DNA of 64,000 nt from Alphaproteobacteria bacterium (lineage in GTDB: Bacteria; Pseudomonadota; Alphaproteobacteria; CAAHEQ01; UBA3637), in NCBI GenBank assembly GCA_015062395.1, contig SUUS01000001.1:65429-129428 (forward strand). Reading direction: 5' to 3'. Within the stretch, counting starts at the first letter, position 1, and every line of letters starts with the position of its first letter. The notes below the pieces were generated by a model that was not told the origin of the DNA, did no database searches, and worked only from the letters and a program-made list of their open reading frames with translations. A program made the translations under genes and the position numbers. Of the stretch, positions 30,533-41,388 are shown one piece after another.

Positions 30533-33019
30533 CTACTTTTTATTTTTTTCTTTAATCAAATCAACAGCTTGTTGTAAAGTCGGTTTAATATCTAAACCTT
30601 TCAATTCTTTAGGTAAAGCTATATTCAGTTTTTCCCACTTTAAGTAAGGTCCATACTTTCCAACAATCCATAAGATGGGTTTTCCCTCATAATCGCCTAA
30701 AGAAATTCCTTCATCCTTTGCTTTATTTTTTCCATTTTCTAATAAAATTAATGCTCTTTGCAAGTCAATTTTTAACACATCATCTGCTGTCGTCAAAGAT
30801 TGAAATACTTTTCCAGATTTTACATAAGGACCAAATCGTCCGATAGAAGTTTCTACATCTTCTTGAGTTTGAGGATTCTTTCCAAGTAATCTTGGTAAAG
30901 ATAACAATCCTTTTGCTTGTTCTAATGTCAAATCATCTGAAGACAGATTTTTAGGGACGGAAATACGTTTAGCCTCTTTTCCCTCACCTAATTGGACATA
31001 CCAACCATATGGTCCTTTTTTTACAAAAACATTCAATCCTGTTTTTTCATCGATACCTAATATGCGATTATTATCTTGAACTTCTACTGTGGTATTTTCC
31101 TCTCCGTCTTCATCTGTTGAAGAAGTTGAAAATTGACGGGTATATTTACATTCTGGATAGTTTGAACAGCCAATAAATGCTCCAAAACGCCCTACTTTTA
31201 AAGATAAAGTACCTTTTTGACATTCAGGACAAATTCGACTTTCTTCTGTTGGAAACAAATGTTTTTCCAACGCTGCATCAACCTTTTGTAATACATCAGC
31301 CGTTTTAAATGGAGAAACCTGCTGAACTGTAGCATAAAAGTTTTTCCAAAATTCAGATAATACATTTTTCCATTGTGCATCGCCAGAAGTAATATCGTCA
31401 AGCAAGCTTTCTAACTTTGCCGTAAAGTCATATTGAACATATTGATTAAAATAATTTTCCAAAAAAGCTGTGACAACTCGTCCTCTGTCTTCTGGAATAA
31501 ATCGTTTTTTATTTAAAACGACATAAGCTCTGTCCTGAAGAACTGACAAAATGGATGCATACGTTGAAGGTCTTCCAATCCCCAATTCTTCCATTTTTTT
31601 GACCAAACTTGCTTCTGAATATCTAGGTGGTGGTTCGGTAAAATGTTGCTCTGTCGTTGCTTCTAATAAAGCAAGAGCATCTCCTTTATTCATCAGTGGC
31701 AACAACGCAGAATCTTCTTCTTTTTCATCATCAACATCTTCTTTATACACCTTAATAAATCCTGCAAAAGCGATTGTTTGTCCCGTTGCATGCAACATTA
31801 AAGAAGAATCTGAACTTGGAATATCTACAGAAACCTTATCTAGCAAAGCACTTTCCATTTGACAAGCCAAAGCACGTTTCCAAATCAGTTCATATAAACG
31901 CAATTGATCTTTGTCCAAAAACGCTGAAACAGATTGAGGTGTCCTGTTTATATTAGTTGGTCGGATAGCCTCATGCGCTTCTTGCGCATTTTTTACCTTA
32001 TTTTTATAAATCCGTGGTTTTTCAGGTAAAAAATCCTTTCCATATTCTTTTTCAATAAAAACACGCATTGCATCCACTGCTTCCTGAGCCAAAGTAACAC
32101 CATCTGTTCGCATATAAGTAATTAAACCAACGCGTTCGCCATTTATTTCAACACCTTCATAAAGTTCTTGAGCTGTTTTCATTGTTTTTTTAGCTGCAAA
32201 ATTCAATTTACGAGATGCTTCTTGCTGTAATGTTGAAGTTGTAAAAGCTGGAGCTGGATTTCGTTTTACTTGTTTTTTTTCAATTTCACCAACCGAAAAA
32301 ACAGAAGACAAAACTTTGGCCTTCATTGCTGATGCTTGTTCTTCATTTACAATAGCAAACTTATCTAACTTTTTGCCATCGACATGCGTCAAGGAAGTCT
32401 TAAAAACATCTTTATTTAGTGTTTCCATTTGTGCAGATAAAGACCAATACTCTTGCTTTTTAAAGGCTTCTATTTCACTTTCTCGCTCACAAACTAAACG
32501 CAAAGCAACGGATTGAACTCGACCTGCTGATTTACTGCCTGGAAGTTTTCGCCACAAAACAGGTGATAAAGTAAAACCAACCAAATAATCCAATGCGCGT
32601 CTAGCTAAATAAGCATTAACTAAATTCATGTCTATTTCGCGAGGATTTTTCATAGCCTCTAAAACTGCTGTTTTTGTAATTTCATTAAAAACGACCCGAT
32701 GAACAGGAACTTTTAATTTTTTTCTACGAGTTAATTCTTGTACGATATGCCATGAAATAGCCTCTCCTTCTCTATCTGGGTCAGATGCAAGATAAACTTC
32801 TTCAGCCTTTTGTAAAGCATTTACAATATCTTTTACGTGTTTTTCTGATTTGCTTTCAACAGCCCACGTCATTTCAAAATCTTTGTCAGGTAAAACAGAA
32901 CCATCTTTAGCTGGTAAATCTCGAATATGACCAAAACTGGCCAACACCTGATAATCTTTTCCCAAATACTTATTAATTGTTTTTGCTTTTGCTGGAGATT
33001 CCACAATAACTAACTTCAA
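30533..33019 (-). CDS. topA: DNA topoisomerase I
   Basis: Toprim N-terminus MKLVIVESPAKAKTI, C-terminal zinc-ribbon/topo-I C-terminal repeats. Confidence 0.95.
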   Translation of the reverse strand: MKLVIVESPAKAKTINKYLGKDYQVLASFGHIRDLPAKDGSVLPDKDFEMTWAVESKSEKHVKDIVNALQKAEEVYLASDPDREGEAISWHIVQELTRRKKLKVPVHRVVFNEITKTAVLEAMKNPREIDMNLVNAYLARRALDYLVGFTLSPVLWRKLPGSKSAGRVQSVALRLVCERESEIEAFKKQEYWSLSAQMETLNKDVFKTSLTHVDGKKLDKFAIVNEEQASAMKAKVLSSVFSVGEIEKKQVKRNPAPAFTTSTLQQEASRKLNFAAKKTMKTAQELYEGVEINGERVGLITYMRTDGVTLAQEAVDAMRVFIEKEYGKDFLPEKPRIYKNKVKNAQEAHEAIRPTNINRTPQSVSAFLDKDQLRLYELIWKRALACQMESALLDKVSVDIPSSDSSLMLHATGQTIAFAGFIKVYKEDVDDEKEEDSALLPLMNKGDALALLEATTEQHFTEPPPRYSEASLVKKMEELGIGRPSTYASILSVLQDRAYVVLNKKRFIPEDRGRVVTAFLENYFNQYVQYDFTAKLESLLDDITSGDAQWKNVLSEFWKNFYATVQQVSPFKTADVLQKVDAALEKHLFPTEESRICPECQKGTLSLKVGRFGAFIGCSNYPECKYTRQFSTSSTDEDGEENTTVEVQDNNRILGIDEKTGLNVFVKKGPYGWYVQLGEGKEAKRISVPKNLSSDDLTLEQAKGLLSLPRLLGKNPQTQEDVETSIGRFGPYVKSGKVFQSLTTADDVLKIDLQRALILLENGKNKAKDEGISLGDYEGKPILWIVGKYGPYLKWEKLNIALPKELKGLDIKPTLQQAVDLIKEKNKK

Positions 33020-33029
33020 TTTTTCACCC

Positions 33030-34214
33030 CTAATCTTCCATCCAATCTAAATTTTCACTTAATACATGAGACGTTCCATCATAAACTAAAGAAACTCTTC
33101 CATTTGCATGCCTTTGCAGTCGTCCTGATAACTCTAATTCTAACAAAACAGCGCCAACAATCATTACAGGCATATCTAATTGACGACTTAATTCATCTTC
33201 TGATACAGGATTTGCAGACAATTCGCGTTCAATTAATTGTCTGGCAGATTTTATTTGTTCTTCATCTGGCAAACAATACGTAGTCCTTTCTTCAACCTGT
33301 TCACATAAAGAAAAATCGTTTTTATTTGCATTTAAATCAGAAATTGCATTTAAAATATCCTTTGAACTTTCTATAAATACAGCACCTGATTTCAATAATG
33401 CATTTGGAACAGCGCTTCTGTCATCTAATGGAGAGCCTGGAACTGCCATAACCAAACGACCTTGTTCTTTTGCAAATTCGGCTGTAATTAAAGAACCCGA
33501 CTTTTCTTTTGCCTCCACTACCAGTGTAGCCAAAGACAAACCAGAAATCAAGCGATTTCGTCTGGGAAAATTCGATGCAGATGGACGTGTTTGTAAAGAA
33601 AATTCACTAACCAGCAATCCATTTTCTTTTATTTGATTATAAATATCCTGATTTTCAACAGGATAAACAACATCGATTCCACATCCTAAAACTGCAATAG
33701 TTCCAGCATTTAAACTTTTAGCAGATAAAGCGCCTTCATGCGCAGCCCCATCGATTCCCAAAGCCATTCCAGAAATAACATTTATATTTGCTTGAACACA
33801 ATCAAAAGCAAGTCTTCTTGTTAAATTTTTACCATTTAACGAAGCATTTCTTGCTCCGACAAAAGCAACTCCATCTGTTTGTAATAATCTTTTATTTCCT
33901 AAAATAGTTAAAACAGGGGGGGCACTTTTTATTCTTCGAAGCTGTTCTGGATAATCTTCTTCACAAGAAAAAATTATCCGAGCGCCCAGCTTTTCTGTAT
34001 TTTCTATTTCCTCCAAAGCCATTTTTTCAGAACAGATTTTAATCGTTTTTTTTGAATTGTTTTTATTCAACCAATGAGGTAAGTCATTTAACACATCAGA
34101 TGGTTTTTCATAAAAACGCATCAATGCTTCAAAAGTTGCAGGTCCGATATTTTCACTTCGTATCAAACGCAACCAAGCTAATTTTTCTTGTTCTGAAAGC
34201 TTTGTTAAATTCAT
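33030..34214 (-). CDS. dprA: DNA processing protein DprA
   Basis: Rossmann-like DprA core (GMALGIDGAAHEGAL), conserved plsY-dprA-topA arrangement. Confidence 0.85.
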   Translation of the reverse strand: MNLTKLSEQEKLAWLRLIRSENIGPATFEALMRFYEKPSDVLNDLPHWLNKNNSKKTIKICSEKMALEEIENTEKLGARIIFSCEEDYPEQLRRIKSAPPVLTILGNKRLLQTDGVAFVGARNASLNGKNLTRRLAFDCVQANINVISGMALGIDGAAHEGALSAKSLNAGTIAVLGCGIDVVYPVENQDIYNQIKENGLLVSEFSLQTRPSASNFPRRNRLISGLSLATLVVEAKEKSGSLITAEFAKEQGRLVMAVPGSPLDDRSAVPNALLKSGAVFIESSKDILNAISDLNANKNDFSLCEQVEERTTYCLPDEEQIKSARQLIERELSANPVSEDELSRQLDMPVMIVGAVLLELELSGRLQRHANGRVSLVYDGTSHVLSENLDWMED

Positions 34215-34816
34215 TATTTTTTCTTCTTAAAATTAATTTTTGTTTCTTCCCCACGCAATAATCTTTCGATATTTGCACGATGTCTAACGATAGAAAGAAT
34301 CGCTAAAAACGCATAAGCCAAAACATAAGCTTCTTTATTTGCATCAACCAAAAAATATGCATAAAAAGGCGATAACGTCAATGCCGTTAATGCAGATAAG
34401 GAAGAATATCTAAAAACAAAAGCCATAAAAAGCCACGTTAAGCAAGATAAAAGACCGACCAAAGGATTTGTCGCTAACATCATACCTAATGTTGAAGCAA
34501 CGCCCTTTCCCCCTTTGAAATTCAACCAAATTGGAAAGTTATGACCTATAACACCAGCTAAACCGGCAAATAATCCAGCCATAGGATTAAAAATCCATGA
34601 AGCTAACAAAGCCGCAAAACCAGCTTTACCAGCATCTAAAATCAGTGTCAATATGGTTAAATCCTTACGTTTTGTTATTCGCAAAACATTTGTTGTTCCG
34701 ATATTTCCAGAACCTTGTTTTCTAATATCCCCAAAACCAGCTAAATAAGCTATAACCAAGCCAAAAGGAATTGAACCTAAAAAATAACCACATAAAAGAC
34801 TTATCAGATAAGACAT
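34214..34816 (-). CDS. plsY: Glycerol-3-phosphate acyltransferase PlsY
   Basis: GSGNIGTTNVLR signature; 200 aa multi-TM. Confidence 0.9.
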   Translation of the reverse strand: MSYLISLLCGYFLGSIPFGLVIAYLAGFGDIRKQGSGNIGTTNVLRITKRKDLTILTLILDAGKAGFAALLASWIFNPMAGLFAGLAGVIGHNFPIWLNFKGGKGVASTLGMMLATNPLVGLLSCLTWLFMAFVFRYSSLSALTALTLSPFYAYFLVDANKEAYVLAYAFLAILSIVRHRANIERLLRGEETKINFKKKK

Positions 34817-34887
34817 ATTAAAACTCCTCTATAAATTTCATCATTATTGAAGGTTATACATAACTTTCAAATCAAATTCAAGTAAAA

Positions 34888-34918
34888 AATTAAAGGGGAG
34901 AAAAAACTCCCCCCTTTT
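34888..34918. terminator. Terminator hairpin downstream of proS (minus strand)
   Basis: ggggag-aaaaaa-ctcccc hairpin flanked by A/T runs on both sides. Confidence 0.6.
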
Positions 34919-36637
34919 TTATTGATATTTTTTCATTTCTTCTTCAATCCATTTTTGGGTAAAAGATACAACTTGCTCTAATGGAAGCGTTCCTTTTTCA
35001 TCCGTACCACGAATTTTATATTCGACCATTCCGTTTGCCAAGGCTTTTGGTGCAACAATCAAACGTAAAGGAATTCCCATCAAATCAGCTTCTGCAAATT
35101 GAGGACCTGCACCCAAATTACGATCGTCGTATAAAACTTCAATGCCCAGATTTTCCAATTCAGAATAAAGTTTTTCTGCAGTTTCCCGAACGCCTTCTTT
35201 ATCCATTTGAAGAGCATTTATTTGAACTTGCCATGGGGAAATTGACAAAGGCCATATTGGACCATAATCATCGTGACTAGCTTCAATAACTGATGCCAAC
35301 GTTCTGCCAACACCGATACCATAACATCCCATAATCGGTGTTTGTTCATCGCCATTTTCATCGGTATAGGTCAAGTTCATTGCTTTACTGTAGCGAACAC
35401 CTAACTGGAAAATGTTTCCAACTTCAATACCTCGAACCATTTTTAAAGGAGCACCACATTTAGGGCATTTTTCCCCTTCTTGAACACAGGCGATATCTGC
35501 TATAATAGCGTTTGGAACATCTCTTGATAAATTAAAGTTGTACATATGATAATCAGTTTTATTTGCTCCACACAACAAATTTGCAGTATTGGCAACAGAA
35601 TTATCTACGACTTGGATACAATCGTGCAAACCGATACCACTTGCAAAACCAGGAACAGCCCCTATAGATTCGATTTGCTCATCATTTGCAAATTGGAATG
35701 TTTCTTTTAAAACTTTTGCTAATTTACATTCGTTTACTTCTATATCGCCACGGATAGTCACTGCAACCATTTTTCCACTATCTGTGATATAAAATACCAT
35801 TTTGGCAGTTTGTTCTGGGTGTAAATTAAGTAAAGCACAAACATCTTCAATTGTTTTTACATTTGGCGTATGAACTTCTTGCAAAGGTTTAGGCTCTTCA
35901 TTATTGTATTTGAGCTGACCAGAAGATGCAACTTCTTCGTTTGCAACATAATCGCATTTAGAACACTTTGCGATTTTATCTTCACCAGCGTCACAAATTA
36001 AATCGTATTCATGTGAAACCTTTCCCCCCATCATGCCATTATCTCCTTCAATAGCGACAACTTGAGGGATACCACAACGGGCATAAATACGCGCATAAGC
36101 ATCTGCACAACGGGCATAGTATTGATTTAAATCTTCTTGCGTTCTGTGGAAAGAATAAGCATCCTTCATTGTAAATTCACGAACACGAACCAATCCACCA
36201 CGAGAACGAGCCTCATCACGGAACTTTGTCTGAATTTGATACAGCATAAACGGATATTCTTTATATGAAGTAATCTCACTTCTAGCAATAGCAACACACG
36301 CTTCTTCATGCGTCATTGCTAACAACATTCCATGTTTATTTCTGTCTTGAAAACGCAACAATTCAGATTGAACAGAATCATATCGACCCGTTTCGTCCCA
36401 TAATTCCCTGGGCAAAACAACAGGCATTTTGATTTCTTGTCCTTCAATCGCGTCCATTTCTTGACGAACAATGTTTTCAATTTTTTGAGAAATACGAAAA
36501 GCTGGTGGCAACATCGAATATATACCGTTCGCGACGGGTCGGATATATGCACCACGTAATAAATAAATGTGGCTGATAAGTTGCGCTTCTGTCGGTTTTT
36601 CCTTATAGCGACGACCAATTAATTTGCTATTTCTCAT
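34919..36637 (-). CDS. proS: Proline--tRNA ligase, bacterial type with full INS editing domain (572 aa)
   Basis: Class II motifs (FRDEARSRGGLVRVREFTMKDAYSF motif 2), 572 aa like E. coli-type ProRS; sits next to the conserved plsY-dprA-topA block. Confidence 0.9.
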   Translation of the reverse strand: MRNSKLIGRRYKEKPTEAQLISHIYLLRGAYIRPVANGIYSMLPPAFRISQKIENIVRQEMDAIEGQEIKMPVVLPRELWDETGRYDSVQSELLRFQDRNKHGMLLAMTHEEACVAIARSEITSYKEYPFMLYQIQTKFRDEARSRGGLVRVREFTMKDAYSFHRTQEDLNQYYARCADAYARIYARCGIPQVVAIEGDNGMMGGKVSHEYDLICDAGEDKIAKCSKCDYVANEEVASSGQLKYNNEEPKPLQEVHTPNVKTIEDVCALLNLHPEQTAKMVFYITDSGKMVAVTIRGDIEVNECKLAKVLKETFQFANDEQIESIGAVPGFASGIGLHDCIQVVDNSVANTANLLCGANKTDYHMYNFNLSRDVPNAIIADIACVQEGEKCPKCGAPLKMVRGIEVGNIFQLGVRYSKAMNLTYTDENGDEQTPIMGCYGIGVGRTLASVIEASHDDYGPIWPLSISPWQVQINALQMDKEGVRETAEKLYSELENLGIEVLYDDRNLGAGPQFAEADLMGIPLRLIVAPKALANGMVEYKIRGTDEKGTLPLEQVVSFTQKWIEEEMKKYQ

Positions 36638-36756
36638 ATTAAAATCCTTTCATAAATGTTTTAGGTGTGCAGAATACATAAAACTTAATAAGATTTCAAG
36701 AGAAAAGTTATTGATTTTTTAATAAATATCGTTTATCGTACAAAACGGAGTTAGAA

Positions 36757-36948
36757 ATGGAAGAACGTTTAAACGATATTGAAATAGCACTAACGAATTT
36801 AGAAAAGACTGTCGATGAAATGAATACCGAATTGATTCGTCAAGCAAAGATTATTGAAAAACTAGAACGTGAAAATAAAGCTTTAAAAGAAACTATCGGA
36901 GGGAATGTTAAACCTTTATCAGAAGAAACACCTCCTCCACATTACTAA
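36757..36948 (+). CDS. slyX: SlyX family protein
   Basis: 63-aa coiled coil ending ...ETPPPHY, the conserved SlyX C-terminus; GGAG RBS. Confidence 0.7.
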   Translation: MEERLNDIEIALTNLEKTVDEMNTELIRQAKIIEKLERENKALKETIGGNVKPLSEETPPPHY

Positions 36949-36963
36949 TAAGGAGAAACACAT

Positions 36964-37950
36964 ATGATTATCGTCACTGGTGGCGCTGGATTTATCGGTT
37001 CAAACATTGTTGCTGGATTAGAAGAAAAAGGATACAAAGACATTGTTGTTGTTGATTGGCTTGGAAATGAAGATAAATGGAAAAACATCGCCAAAAGAAA
37101 CTTATCAGCTATTGTTTCTCCTGAAGATTTAGACGTTTTTTTGGAAAATAACCACAATCAAATTTCAGCAATTATTCATATGGGAGCTATCTCTACAACC
37201 ACCGAAAAAGACGTCGATTTAATTAAAGCGTCAAACATAGATTTAACTTGGAAACTTTGGTGTTTTTGCCGAGATTTTAAAAAGCAATTTATATTTGCAT
37301 CTTCTGCAGCAACTTATGGAAGTGGAGAAAACGGCTTTAATGACAATGACGGCTTGGAATATCTTAATTCATTGCGACCATTGAACCCATATGGTTGGAG
37401 TAAAGCTTTTATTGACAGAAAAATTGCTTTTGAATTATCTGAAAAACGCCCTACGCCACCTCAATTTGTCGGTTTAAAGTTTTTCAACGTTTATGGACCA
37501 AACGAATACCATAAAGGAGGACAAAAAAGCGTTGTCGCACATATTTTTCCTCTTGTTCAAAAAAATGAAGAAGTCTTGCTGTTTAAATCATATCATCCAG
37601 ATTATAAAGATGGTTGGCAATTACGGGACTTTGTGTGGATAGAAGACATTGTCAATGTTATCATTTGGATGCTAGAACACAAATCTGTCAGTGGCTTATT
37701 CAACGTTGGTTCTGGGGAAGCGCGTTCTTTCTATGATTTAGCAGCATCTACTTGGATTGCTATGGGAAAAGAGCCTAAAATTGGTTTTAAAGACATGCCT
37801 GAAGAGTTAAAAGGTAAATACCAATACTACACAAAAGCAAATATAGATAAATTAAGAAGTATAGGCTATACAGCGCCTATGACAAAATTGGAAGATGGCA
37901 TTCGTCAATACGTACAAAATTACTTAAACAAGGAAGATTCATACAGATGA
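36964..37950 (+). CDS. hldD: ADP-L-glycero-D-manno-heptose 6-epimerase
   Basis: N-terminus MIIVTGGAGFIGSNIV essentially identical to HldD/RfaD consensus; SDR-extended fold. Confidence 0.85.
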   Translation: MIIVTGGAGFIGSNIVAGLEEKGYKDIVVVDWLGNEDKWKNIAKRNLSAIVSPEDLDVFLENNHNQISAIIHMGAISTTTEKDVDLIKASNIDLTWKLWCFCRDFKKQFIFASSAATYGSGENGFNDNDGLEYLNSLRPLNPYGWSKAFIDRKIAFELSEKRPTPPQFVGLKFFNVYGPNEYHKGGQKSVVAHIFPLVQKNEEVLLFKSYHPDYKDGWQLRDFVWIEDIVNVIIWMLEHKSVSGLFNVGSGEARSFYDLAASTWIAMGKEPKIGFKDMPEELKGKYQYYTKANIDKLRSIGYTAPMTKLEDGIRQYVQNYLNKEDSYR

Positions 37951-39713
37951 TATTTAAAAAAATTAAAGAAAAATTTAAATCGCTTAATTTTATTCAAAAC
38001 TATCGAAAAATATATCCGTATGTGAAACCGTATAAGACGCGTGCGATCCTTGCATTACTGATAACTTTGCCCATTGGATCTATGGATGCAGTTATTGCAT
38101 GGGTTTTAAAACCTTACATGGATACTGTTATGATAGAAAAAAGCGTTCAAGCAACATCTTTAATCCCGATACTAATTATTTTATTTAGCTTGCTACAAAG
38201 TTTACTAAATTACGGAGCGACATATTTAAATACTTGGGTTGGAAATCGTATTACGATGGATTTAAAGATGACGCTTTTTAAAAAGATGATGCGTAAAGAT
38301 CCTGCCTTTTTTGACAAAACAAATTCTGGAGAAATTTTATTTCGTTTCAACAACGACGCAGATACGGCTTGTTCTGGTTTATTAAGTAATTTAAAATTAT
38401 TTTCTACTCGTTTATTTTCTTCAATATCTTTAATTTTTGTCTTGTTTTATAACTCTTGGCAACTAGCTATAATTGCTTTAATCGTTTTATTTGGAGCCTT
38501 ATATCCCCTATCAACGGTAAGAAAAAGAATCAAAGATTTAATGAGTAAAAACGTTGTTTCTGCGTCTGCTATATTAACGCATTATAACGAAGCTTTTTCA
38601 GGAAATAGAGTAGTTGCTTCCTTTAATTTATACGATTATCAAAATAAAAGATTCAAAGAAACGCTACGTCAAATGTTTAAAATTGTTATGAAAATGACAA
38701 AAAAAACAGGGTTATTAACGCCTATGATGCATTTTATTATCTCTATCGGAATTGCAGGCGTTATTTGGTTGGGAAGTTATCTTATTATGAATAATCAATT
38801 ATCGCCAGGTGGTTTTGTTTCATTTATAACAGCTTTATTGATGTTGTATCATCCTATCAAATCGATTGGAACAAACTTTACAAATGTACAATTTTCATTC
38901 ATGGCAATGGAAAGAATTTTTGCTATATTAGAACAAAAAACAACATTAACGACACCTCCGAATGCAAAAATTTTAACATCGGTTGAAAATGTTATTGAAT
39001 TTAAAAATGTCACATTTGGGTACACACCGAATAAACCAGTATTAAAAGATATAAACATAACAGTAAACAAAGGACAAACCATTGCATTAGTTGGTAATTC
39101 TGGAGGTGGAAAATCGACTTTGGTCAGTTTATTGACACGTTTCTATGATATTCAAAATGGTTCGATTGAAATAGATGGAACAAATATTCGAAATTTGAAT
39201 TTAGATTCACTGCGTTCGCAAATAGCTTTTGTTTTCCAAGACAACATTTTATTTGCAGGAACGATTCGAGAAAATATATTGCTTGGAAACAAAAACGCCA
39301 GCGAAACAGAATTAAAAGAAGCAGTAAAAAATGCCTGTTTAGATGAATTTATTGCCTCTTTGCCTTTGGGACTGGATACACGCATTGGAGAAAGGGGAAC
39401 GACTTTATCAGGAGGTCAACGTCAACGCATTGCTATTGCAAGAGCTTTTATAAAAAACGCACCTATTGTAGTTTTGGATGAAGCAACGTCTGCGTTAGAT
39501 AACAAGTCCGAAGGAATCGTACAACAGGCAATCTATAATTTAATGAACGATAGAACAGTATTTATCATAGCACACAGACTATCAACTGTCAGAAATGCAG
39601 ATAAAATAGCCGTTATCAATCATGGCGTTTTAGCCGAAATTGGAACTCATGATGAATTAATTGCTAAAGAAAATTCAATTTATGCATCGTTATATCAAAC
39701 TCAACTTAAATAA
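37947..39713 (+). CDS. ABC transporter permease/ATP-binding protein (MsbA-like lipid exporter)
   Basis: 6 TM N-domain + Walker A GNSGGGKST, signature LSGGQRQR, Walker B VVLDEATS; overlaps hldD stop. Confidence 0.8.
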   Translation: MIFKKIKEKFKSLNFIQNYRKIYPYVKPYKTRAILALLITLPIGSMDAVIAWVLKPYMDTVMIEKSVQATSLIPILIILFSLLQSLLNYGATYLNTWVGNRITMDLKMTLFKKMMRKDPAFFDKTNSGEILFRFNNDADTACSGLLSNLKLFSTRLFSSISLIFVLFYNSWQLAIIALIVLFGALYPLSTVRKRIKDLMSKNVVSASAILTHYNEAFSGNRVVASFNLYDYQNKRFKETLRQMFKIVMKMTKKTGLLTPMMHFIISIGIAGVIWLGSYLIMNNQLSPGGFVSFITALLMLYHPIKSIGTNFTNVQFSFMAMERIFAILEQKTTLTTPPNAKILTSVENVIEFKNVTFGYTPNKPVLKDINITVNKGQTIALVGNSGGGKSTLVSLLTRFYDIQNGSIEIDGTNIRNLNLDSLRSQIAFVFQDNILFAGTIRENILLGNKNASETELKEAVKNACLDEFIASLPLGLDTRIGERGTTLSGGQRQRIAIARAFIKNAPIVVLDEATSALDNKSEGIVQQAIYNLMNDRTVFIIAHRLSTVRNADKIAVINHGVLAEIGTHDELIAKENSIYASLYQTQLK

Positions 39714-39862
39714 TTTTTTTTATAGTTGACAAACTGTTTTAAAATAGTATTCTAACATTATACAGATTTAGGTATGAATCTGCATTGAACAACAAAAAGG
39801 AGATTATAATGAAATTAAGTCAAACAGCGATTAGAGAATTATCTTCTTAATATCGAAGTGTT

Positions 39863-41041
39863 TTGAAAAAATGCTTCATTTTAAATGCCATCGTATTAAT
39901 GGCAGTTGCCCCTGCAATGGCAGCAGATTATGGCGTAGATGTGACGGAAACCAAAACATACACAGAAACATCTTTTGATGGAACTGTTGCTGGTATTTAT
40001 TCTGGTACTGGAAAAACAGGTACTTTTACAGCTGAAGACATCGTAATTAAAGACACCGAAAGAGGAATTTATGCTGTAGGCACTGACTCTAAAGTGATTA
40101 TTGGTAGCGAATCGGAATTTACCGACAGTTTAACTATATCGAACGTATCTAACAGAGGTATCAGAGCAGAAAAAGGTGCTGAAGTAGATATTTATACTGA
40201 CGATGTCTCGATAAGTGCTGGTGATGACGTATATGCATTACATGTTCGGGGAACGACAAGTACAAATCAAAAAGACGAATCAGACATTGTCACATTGATT
40301 TCCATTAATGCAGAAGATGTAAATTTAACCAGTAAAAATGTTGCTGCTGTTATTGTAAATAATGCAAGTATAAAACAAGATAAAAACAATTCTCCTACGT
40401 CAAAAATTAGTATTGTAGCAGATAATATCAATATTTCATCAGATTCCATAGCACTTTCAACAATGAGTGAAGGAATTATTGAATTAACAGGAAATACTGT
40501 TTTAAACGCACCAGATGTAATTTCTGCTCGTGGAGAATCTACAATTAACATAAATACAACAGACGCAACAAAAACATTAAAAATGGATGGAAACATCAAC
40601 TTTAGTTATAACAATGCGACATCAAAAAGTGGTATTGACGCAAATGTTAACGTAGCGTTAAACGGTACTGAGTCTTATTGGTCTGGAAATACAACAGTTA
40701 ACTGGGATGTTAAACCAGAAAACGAAAAATTGATTGTCTCTAATGCGACTGTTTCATTGAATGAAGGCGCTACTTGGAATGTTGCAAAGATTGAAGAAAC
40801 GGATACACTAAGACAAAACGCATTGAATAACTTAATTGTAAACAAGGGAACTATTTCTGTTGGCACAGGCGCAAAAGCTTGGGTTGAAAATATGCAAGTT
40901 AATGGTAATTTAACCTTAAACGGTTCTGTTACAGCAGATTCCGTTGTTTTTGCGAATAATTCATCCTTAACAACAACATTATTAAAAGATACTGCCATTA
41001 TTACAGCAAATACTGTAGAAGTTGGTGAAAATTCTATTTAA
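39863..41041 (+). CDS. Autotransporter passenger-domain fragment (TTG start in track; part of disrupted gene)
   Basis: Signal-peptide-like LNAIVLMAVAPAMAADYG then T/S/N-rich beta-helix repeats. Confidence 0.4.
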   Translation: MKKCFILNAIVLMAVAPAMAADYGVDVTETKTYTETSFDGTVAGIYSGTGKTGTFTAEDIVIKDTERGIYAVGTDSKVIIGSESEFTDSLTISNVSNRGIRAEKGAEVDIYTDDVSISAGDDVYALHVRGTTSTNQKDESDIVTLISINAEDVNLTSKNVAAVIVNNASIKQDKNNSPTSKISIVADNINISSDSIALSTMSEGIIELTGNTVLNAPDVISARGESTININTTDATKTLKMDGNINFSYNNATSKSGIDANVNVALNGTESYWSGNTTVNWDVKPENEKLIVSNATVSLNEGATWNVAKIEETDTLRQNALNNLIVNKGTISVGTGAKAWVENMQVNGNLTLNGSVTADSVVFANNSSLTTTLLKDTAIITANTVEVGENSI

Positions 41042-41388
41042 ATATCTCGAACGGTACAGGAACATACGCATTCATCGATGCTCAATTAACTGGAGATTTT
41101 TTAAATACTTTATATAACTTAGATGCAACAACAGAACAAGGAAAACTTATTGTATCTGAAAAATCTGCAGAAGATATTGCAAGTAATACAGGTATTTCCA
41201 CTGATGCGGCGGCCACAATTTCTGGATTAGCTGGTTCAGATAATGAAAAAGCTCAATCTATTGCAACCTATATTGAAAGCGAAATTAACTCCGGAAATAC
41301 TGATATCGTAGAAAAGATTACCAACAACATTAATCCGACTTCAAATCCTGTTGTTCAATCTGTATCAACAGAAGTTAATGGGCAAATT

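Noticed and set aside
39727-39760. Possible promoter TTGACA-N16-TATTCT ahead of the autotransporter
   Set aside because: The -10 match is weak and several alternatives are equally plausible in this AT-rich spacer, so it is not reported as a feature.
39809-39850. 13-codon ORF (MKLSQTAIRELSS) as a possible leader peptide upstream of the autotransporter
   Set aside because: It is in the same frame as the downstream passenger ORF, which begins at a TTG immediately after. An in-frame nonsense codon within an original extended signal peptide explains it more simply.
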